Of a stretch of 40,000 nucleotides of DNA, positions 34,305 to 40,000 are shown one piece after another. The translations under genes and the position numbers were made by a program. A model generated the notes under the pieces. The model saw nothing but the letters and a program-made list of their open reading frames with translations. It was not told the origin of the DNA and did no database searches. Numbering within the stretch: the stretch's first letter is position 1; every line of letters starts with the position of its first letter. The stretch covers positions 1,059,074 to 1,099,073 of the forward strand of contig NZ_AP028055.1 of NCBI RefSeq assembly GCF_040365225.1. Reading direction: 5' to 3'. This DNA is from Bacteroides sedimenti. Its GTDB lineage: Bacteria; Bacteroidota; Bacteroidia; Bacteroidales; Bacteroidaceae.

Positions 34305-34312
34305 TATCTTTG
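34305..34312 (+). promoter_or_regulatory. Bacteroides-type -7 box (TATCTTTG) for the polysaccharide locus
   Basis: Matches TAnnTTTG, 41 nt upstream of the ATG at 34354. Confidence 0.5.
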
Positions 34313-34353
34313 CCGCCATTAAAAAAATAATACTATCAAAATAAATACGAAAA

Positions 34354-36810
34354 ATGAAAAATATTACATTTTTACTCTTCTTTTTCTTTTCTGTATTGAC
34401 CCTTAATGCACAGTCACTTGATATGCTAAAAGGAATTAATGTGGACAATTTATCTGATACACAATTAGAAGGCATCATTTCAAAGATGAACGAACAAGGC
34501 ATATCTATGAATCAGATAGATCAATACGCAAGTAAGCAAGGAATGAGCAAAACAGAAGCCGCAAAATTGAAAAATAGAATTGTAAGATACAATGACAAAA
34601 ACCAAGGCATCAAAAAACGTTCTTCAATATTGAGAGAAAAATCTGATAATGAAGATATTCTTGATCCTGCAGTCTTGAAGAATTATGAAGATTATAAGCT
34701 TAAACAAGATTCGATTAAAGCCAATAAATTAGAGATATTCGGTCAGTCAATTTTTAGAGATGTAAATTTAACCTTCGAACCAAATCTTAGATTGGCCACA
34801 CCTAATAATTATGTTCTTGGACCAGACGATGAACTTTTAATAGATGTATATGGTGATTCTGAAGCTAGCTACAATTTGTTTGTTACTCCAGAAGGAAAAA
34901 TTAAAATACCCCTAGCGGGAGTAGTATCTGTAGGAGGTTTAACTATTGAAGAAGCAAAATCGGTAATTAAAAAGAAACTTTCTGTAATTTACGGGGGAAT
35001 TAAGAACGGCTCAACAAAAGTTAGTATTGCCTTAGGCGATATAAGAAGTATAACGGTAAATGTAATTGGTGAGGTTGTATATCCTGGTTCATACACAATA
35101 CCTTCCCTTGCCTCTGTTTATAATGCTTTGTATGTTTCAGGTGGACCAACAGAAAAAGGTTCTTTTCGTAAAATTCAAGTATCAAGAGGCCATTCTGTAA
35201 TAGCAGTTGTCGATTTATATGATTTTCTGGTTTACGGTAAACAGTGTAATTTAAGACTTCAGGATCAGGATGTGATTAAAATTCTACCATACAGCAACCG
35301 TGTTTCTATCTCGGGTGAGGTAAAAGTTCCGGCTATATATGAAATGAAAGAATTTGAAACAGTAGCCAATCTCATTCAGTTTGCAGGTGGGTTTACAGAA
35401 AATGCGTACCGTGAAAGAATTACTGCCTATAGAAATACAACTAAAGAAAAAAGTGTTGTCGATATAACCATGCCTCAGTTTAATAATTATCTTACTGAAG
35501 CAGGGGATGAATATAAAGTAGGCGAACTACTAAAACGTTTTACTAATAGAGTACAAATTACTGGATCTGTTTATCGTCCTGGCGTATACTCGCTATCAGC
35601 TGGAATGAAAGTCAGCGATTTACTAGCCAAAGCAGATGGATTAAAAGACGACGCTTTCGCAACGAGAGCCGTTGTATATAGAAAAAATTCAAAAAATCTT
35701 CCTGAAATAACTTCATTTTCCCCGGCTGATGTGCTCGAAGGAAAGAATGATTTGAAACTTCAAAGAGAAGATAGCGTGCATATTTCTTGCATACTCGACA
35801 TGAAAGAAAATGAATATATATATGTAACAGGTGAAGTTGTTGCACCAAATAGATATACTTTTGCACCTGGTATGACTGTAAAAGATGCAATTTTAATAGC
35901 TAATGGCCTTACCAATAAAGCTGATCAAGGAGAAATAGAAGTTTATAGACAAATAAAAGATTTAAAAGTTTTGAACGAAAATCTGCATAAGGCGATTGAA
36001 TATAAATTTAAAATTGATAAAGATTTAGCATATAGTGATAGTGCAGCTAATTTTAAACTAGAAAAAGAAGATCGAGTAATCGTTCGTTCAATTTATGGAT
36101 ATGAAAATATGAAGCAGGTTCGTATTGAAGGAGAGGTTAAATCTCCGGGTAATTATGTTATCACTTCAAAAAATCAACAAATCTCTGATTTAGTTAAGAT
36201 GAGCGGTGGGTTAACTAATTACGCATATGCGCAAGGTGCTTATCTTATAAGAAAATCAAAAAAGACAGACTCAGAAAAGAAACTTTTAAAAACTGTTGCA
36301 CAAAACCTAGGAACTAAGGTAGCTAGACAAACAGAAGCCTCTGATACAATAGATTTAAAAAAGAATCTTCTAAATGAAATGGATATAGTTGGTATCTCAC
36401 TAAGCGATATTATTGCTCATCCAGGTTCTCGATATGACTTGATACTGGAAGAAGGAGATGTCCTGAGTATCCCAAAAATGTTGGAAACTGTAAATGTAAG
36501 TGGAGAAGTAATGATGTCTAATACAATTAGATATCAAAAAAATCTATCTTTCAAAGACTATGTTGATGCAGCCGGTGGTTTCAGCAGCAAAGCCTTAAGA
36601 AATAAAGCTTACGTAATCCATGCAAACGGAAGTGTCAATGTTACAAAATCGTTCTTTGGTATCAGAAGCTATCCCAAAGTTAATCCAGGCTCAAGAATTA
36701 TTATTCCTGAAAAACCAGCTAAAGAAAAATTGAGCACAGCTGAAGTTATTAGCATGACAACAAGTATAGTGTCTGTTGCTGCAATCATTGTATCATTGTT
36801 TAAAAAATAG
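34354..36810 (+). CDS. Polysaccharide export outer-membrane protein (Wza-like, Poly_export + multiple SLBB domains)
   Basis: 818 aa with a signal peptide. A Poly_export-like segment is present (YVLGPDDELLIDVYGDSEASYNLFVTPEGKIKIPLAGVVSVGGLTIEEAK). Repeated SLBB-like units (V.I.GEV..PG.Y) follow. Confidence 0.85.
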   Translation: MKNITFLLFFFFSVLTLNAQSLDMLKGINVDNLSDTQLEGIISKMNEQGISMNQIDQYASKQGMSKTEAAKLKNRIVRYNDKNQGIKKRSSILREKSDNEDILDPAVLKNYEDYKLKQDSIKANKLEIFGQSIFRDVNLTFEPNLRLATPNNYVLGPDDELLIDVYGDSEASYNLFVTPEGKIKIPLAGVVSVGGLTIEEAKSVIKKKLSVIYGGIKNGSTKVSIALGDIRSITVNVIGEVVYPGSYTIPSLASVYNALYVSGGPTEKGSFRKIQVSRGHSVIAVVDLYDFLVYGKQCNLRLQDQDVIKILPYSNRVSISGEVKVPAIYEMKEFETVANLIQFAGGFTENAYRERITAYRNTTKEKSVVDITMPQFNNYLTEAGDEYKVGELLKRFTNRVQITGSVYRPGVYSLSAGMKVSDLLAKADGLKDDAFATRAVVYRKNSKNLPEITSFSPADVLEGKNDLKLQREDSVHISCILDMKENEYIYVTGEVVAPNRYTFAPGMTVKDAILIANGLTNKADQGEIEVYRQIKDLKVLNENLHKAIEYKFKIDKDLAYSDSAANFKLEKEDRVIVRSIYGYENMKQVRIEGEVKSPGNYVITSKNQQISDLVKMSGGLTNYAYAQGAYLIRKSKKTDSEKKLLKTVAQNLGTKVARQTEASDTIDLKKNLLNEMDIVGISLSDIIAHPGSRYDLILEEGDVLSIPKMLETVNVSGEVMMSNTIRYQKNLSFKDYVDAAGGFSSKALRNKAYVIHANGSVNVTKSFFGIRSYPKVNPGSRIIIPEKPAKEKLSTAEVISMTTSIVSVAAIIVSLFKK

Positions 36811-36815
36811 TAAAA

Positions 36816-37877
36816 ATGGCAAACACGGAATATATATCTTTAAATAAGCTAATTAATTCTTTAAAAAGCTGGAAACAATATTTGTTTTCTGTAAAATATA
36901 TGATTCTAGGACTAACTTTCCTAGGAGCAGTTGCTGGAGTTGGAGCATCGTTCATAATACCGACTAAATATACGGCAAACTTAAGTTTTGCGCTACAGGA
37001 AGCTGACAAATCGAGTGGATTATCAAGTCTGGCAAGTCAATTCGGCTTCTCATTGGGAGGATCTACAAGTGGAGCTTTTGGTGGAGATAATTTATATGAA
37101 TTATTAACTTCAAGAGCACTAGTAGAGAAGGCACTCCTTGTTCCAGTTGGAATTAACGGAAAAAAAGAAAATCTTTTGAATTTGTATTTAGATACATACA
37201 AATACAATAAAGATTGGAAAATTAGCAAAAATCCTTATTTAAGAGAATTATCCTATCCTGTTGGGCAAAATAGAGAGAGTTTCACCAGAACACAGGATAG
37301 TGTATTTCAAATTGCTTGTGGTGAAATTCTAAAGGAAAGATTATCTGTAAAAAAAAGAAATAAAAAACTAAGTATTGGAGATGTATCTTTTACATCTGAA
37401 AATGAGTTGCTATCTAAGTTATTTGTTGAGAATTTAATGAAGGTGACAACCATATTTTATGTAGACACAAAGACTAAATTAGCTCGTGAAAATTATTTAA
37501 AATTACAGCATCAGGTAGATTCGGTAAAACAAGAATATGGTAATGCCTTGGTCTCAAGAGCAGGTCTAGCTGATCAAACCATGAACTCAATACGGCAATC
37601 CAGCACTGTGGGGCTTTTAAAAAAACAGACCGACATTCAAATACTAGCAGGAACTTATGTAGAAATGAAAAAAAACCTTGAAATAATGAAGATGAGTTTA
37701 GATAAAGAAACTCCTTTAATTCAGGTGATAGATAACCCAGTGTTGCCCTTAGAAAAGAAAAGATTAGGAAAAATAAAAGGTTTTATAACTGGTTCTTTTG
37801 CAGGAGGATTTGTATCATTATTATTATTTTCTTCAATATTTGGATATAGAATGGCTGTTAAACTTAAAGAATGGTAA
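36816..37877 (+). CDS. Wzz-like polysaccharide chain-length determinant protein (no kinase domain)
   Basis: 353 aa. It has an N-terminal TM followed by the PTKYTANLSFAL Wzz pattern, a coiled-coil middle and a C-terminal TM. I saw no Walker-type tyrosine-kinase domain. Confidence 0.78.
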   Translation: MANTEYISLNKLINSLKSWKQYLFSVKYMILGLTFLGAVAGVGASFIIPTKYTANLSFALQEADKSSGLSSLASQFGFSLGGSTSGAFGGDNLYELLTSRALVEKALLVPVGINGKKENLLNLYLDTYKYNKDWKISKNPYLRELSYPVGQNRESFTRTQDSVFQIACGEILKERLSVKKRNKKLSIGDVSFTSENELLSKLFVENLMKVTTIFYVDTKTKLARENYLKLQHQVDSVKQEYGNALVSRAGLADQTMNSIRQSSTVGLLKKQTDIQILAGTYVEMKKNLEIMKMSLDKETPLIQVIDNPVLPLEKKRLGKIKGFITGSFAGGFVSLLLFSSIFGYRMAVKLKEW

Positions 37878-39379
37878 CTAAAAAAACTATAATTAATAAC
37901 TCAATAAGTGGTGTTGTTCAACTTGTGCTTACTGCATTGCTGACATTCCTCTGTATTCCTATTTTTATTAATAAATTGGGAACAGAATTATATGGAGTTT
38001 TTGCTATAGTTTCAGTCATTGGCAATTTAAATATCTTTGCTAATCTAGGATTGAACTCGGCTTTAATTAAATATATTTCAGAACAAGGAAAATGCAGCGA
38101 ATCTGAGAATGATATATTTGCATCACTTGTAATAATGTGTCTAATTATTATACCATTAACAATTCTAGCTTTTATCTTTCGTGAGTTTATTCTTATAAAT
38201 GTTTTAGGGGTACCTTTAAAATATTATAACCAATCTCAAATACTATATTCTACCTTGCTTGTTTCAAATATGCTTTTGTTAATTGGACAGATATTTACAG
38301 CAGTGCTAGATTCTATGCAGAAAATCTATTTCACTAATTTCGTCCAACTTATCTATAGTACAATTTACTGGGGAGGGATAATTGCAGTAGTGCTTATGGG
38401 TAAACACCTTGATTGGGTAGGATATGCAATAATGACAGCAGCATGTTTATGGTTTATTCTCGTTCTTATATTCTTTTTCAAACAATGGGGAAGAATCGCC
38501 TTCTCAAATTTGAATAAAACATTTAAGCCTGCTGCTAAAAAACAGCTATCTTTTGGGGCTAAGGTCTATTTGTCTGGTTTTATAAGCTTTTTTAATGAGC
38601 CTTTATTTAAAATTCTGATTTCAAACTTCCTCGGATTAAATGTTGTTGCTTATTTCGAAATTGGTTTGAAGATTCGATCGCAACTAACAGGTTTGTTCAG
38701 TAAGGTGCTCCAGCCACTATTCCCATATTTATCTTCTTTACGAGATAAACAGCATATTGCTATTTTAATTAAAGATTTAACAGCAAAAATTTTCTTACTT
38801 GTTCTGCCAATCTCTGCATTATTAATAATTACCTGCAAAGATATAGTAACCCTTTGGTTGCAAGTTGATATCATTAATTATTCTATATTTATTGTAGGCT
38901 TAGTAGTGCCATATTTAATTTTTATACCTTTAACTCAGCCTATATATATATTTTTTCTAGCTAAAGGACTTCCAGAAAAAACGATCGTATTTCAATTATT
39001 TTCAGTCATTACCAATGTTGTATTTTTCTGCTTACTTGTTAATTTTGTAGGAATATATGCTGTAATTATTTCTAATGTCTTATCATATTTAGTAGGTTTT
39101 ATATTAGGGATCTATTATCAAGATAGATTATTAAATATAAAATATAAATTTGAACTTATATACTTTAAAAGGATTTTATGCGTAATTCTACTATTTATTT
39201 TAATTGGTTTGATTTCAAATATCTTTGTTTTTGAAATAATTAGAATAATATTTGCTTCAATTATAGTTATTCCATCTGTTTTATGGCTGTATAAAAGATT
39301 GGAGTTGATTAAATTTGACGATATAAACAACTATTTCGGAAGTAATAGATTTATGTCCAATTTATTAAATAAAATATAA
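37871..39379 (+). CDS. Oligosaccharide flippase (Wzx / MOP superfamily polysaccharide biosynthesis protein)
   Basis: 502 aa and highly hydrophobic with about 12-14 TM segments. The start overlaps the wzz-like stop (ATGGTAA). Confidence 0.8.
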   Translation: MVTKKTIINNSISGVVQLVLTALLTFLCIPIFINKLGTELYGVFAIVSVIGNLNIFANLGLNSALIKYISEQGKCSESENDIFASLVIMCLIIIPLTILAFIFREFILINVLGVPLKYYNQSQILYSTLLVSNMLLLIGQIFTAVLDSMQKIYFTNFVQLIYSTIYWGGIIAVVLMGKHLDWVGYAIMTAACLWFILVLIFFFKQWGRIAFSNLNKTFKPAAKKQLSFGAKVYLSGFISFFNEPLFKILISNFLGLNVVAYFEIGLKIRSQLTGLFSKVLQPLFPYLSSLRDKQHIAILIKDLTAKIFLLVLPISALLIITCKDIVTLWLQVDIINYSIFIVGLVVPYLIFIPLTQPIYIFFLAKGLPEKTIVFQLFSVITNVVFFCLLVNFVGIYAVIISNVLSYLVGFILGIYYQDRLLNIKYKFELIYFKRILCVILLFILIGLISNIFVFEIIRIIFASIIVIPSVLWLYKRLELIKFDDINNYFGSNRFMSNLLNKI

Positions 39380-39384
39380 GCAAT

Positions 39385-39849
39385 ATGAGATATATAAAAA
39401 AATTACTTATATCGATTAAAAGATACTTCTTTTTAAGAGATATAAAGCATAAAGGTCGCAATATTTCCTTATTTTTCCCATTAATAATTGAAGGAAAAGA
39501 AAATGTTACTATAGGGAATAATTCCCAAATTGGCTCATATTGTCATATTTGGGGAAATGGAGGAGTAATCATTGGAGACGATGTTTTAATTGCCGCTCAT
39601 TGTTGTATTTCATCATTAAATCACGATTACTCGAGCGACTTGATTAGGACTGGGAAAATCATTCCAAAAGCTGTAGTCATAGAAAATAATGTATGGTTGG
39701 GATATAATGTAACTGTACTTCCTGGTGTAAAAATTGGTTATGGAAGTGTTATTGGTGCAGGAAGCGTTGTTGCAAATAACATTCCTCCAAATTCGATAGC
39801 GGTAGGTAATCCAGCTAAAGTAATAAAAAAAAGACTTGTAAATTGTTAA
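39385..39849 (+). CDS. Hexapeptide-repeat (left-handed beta-helix) acetyltransferase
   Basis: 154 aa. Hexapeptide repeats and the C-terminal VWLGYNVTVLPGVKIGYGSVIGAGSVVANNIPPNSIAVGNPAKVIKK are present. Confidence 0.85.
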   Translation: MRYIKKLLISIKRYFFLRDIKHKGRNISLFFPLIIEGKENVTIGNNSQIGSYCHIWGNGGVIIGDDVLIAAHCCISSLNHDYSSDLIRTGKIIPKAVVIENNVWLGYNVTVLPGVKIGYGSVIGAGSVVANNIPPNSIAVGNPAKVIKKRLVNC

Positions 39850-39852
39850 ACA

Positions 39853-40000
39853 ATGAGTTTCAAGAAAATAATCAAATCAATAATATTATCACGTTTTCCT
39901 CGATTGTATAAATTAATTCAATTACATTATCATTATAAATTAATGAATGAAATTGAAATAGATCCAACGACAAAGATAATATTCCCTTTCACAGCAAATA
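39853..40000 (+). CDS. Partial ORF (N-terminal 49 codons), unknown product, continues beyond the window
   Basis: ATG at 39853, 3 nt after the upstream stop. It is open to the window end (MSFKKIIKSIILSRFPRLYKLIQLHYHYKLMNEIEIDPTTKIIFPFTAN). Confidence 0.4.
   Translation, partial: MSFKKIIKSIILSRFPRLYKLIQLHYHYKLMNEIEIDPTTKIIFPFTAN

Noticed and set aside
34125-34353. Invertible promoter or upxY-type regulator at the head of the polysaccharide locus
   Set aside because: No flanking inverted repeats bracket the -7 box, no site-specific recombinase gene is nearby, and no UpxY/NusG-like ORF is present.
31801-40000. A genomic island integrated at tRNA-Glu
   Set aside because: The composition shift is real. 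However, there is no integrase, no transposase, and no direct repeat of the tRNA 3' end visible in the window. It is kept only as a low-confidence finding.
1-40000. Defence systems, toxin-antitoxin pairs, prophage or conjugative element genes
   Set aside because: No nuclease, helicase, methylase or ATPase combination typical of defence islands is present. There are no phage structural genes and no relaxase or T4SS genes. The small coupled ORFs lack toxin-antitoxin hallmarks.

Overview
The window looks like a chromosomal segment from a Bacteroidales (Bacteroidota) genome. Three things support this. Nearly every transcription unit is preceded by the Bacteroides-type -7 box TAnnTTTG. Shine-Dalgarno sequences are absent. 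The gene content is typical of the order (serine palmitoyltransferase, DUF4296, BspA-type LRR protein, HU_CCDC81-SPOR protein). Most of the window is housekeeping. It holds a partial BspA-like LRR surface protein, a GNAT/carbon-nitrogen-hydrolase fusion and a short transaldolase/FSA. An ileS-dksA-like-lspA-DUF4296 operon follows, then a DEAD-box helicase, serB and a lon-tgt-lptF/G operon. After these come a tRNA m6A37 methyltransferase, a divergent lipid-kinase/spt pair, two tandem tRNA-Pro(UGG) genes, queD-queE and aspS. The next block is a DUF2148-aguA-aguB polyamine operon, an HU-like gene cotranscribed with fetAB-like genes, tRNA-Glu(CUC) and an HU_CCDC81-SPOR plus zinc-ribbon-FHA operon. 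The window ends with the AT-rich start of a polysaccharide locus (wza-like, wzz-like, wzx, acetyltransferase). I found no CRISPR array, transposase, integrase or recognisable defence system. The candidates most worth follow-up are: (1) four TGTACA-core sites at exactly 22-bp spacing upstream of the HU-like gene, which carries an AT-hook-like tail and heads a fetAB-like operon; (2) a GNAT-nitrilase fusion whose Glu-Lys-Cys triad reads Glu-Arg-Ser; (3) a Tgt with all three zinc-ligand cysteines replaced; (4) the spt/lipid-kinase pair; (5) the SPOR/FHA operon; (6) the composition break at tRNA-Glu leading into the low-GC polysaccharide locus. Five ORF-track starts were shortened to internal ATGs: four begin at TTG or GTG, and for the fifth (DUF2148) a predicted promoter lies inside the longer ORF. 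All coordinates and motifs were read by eye. No database search was possible.
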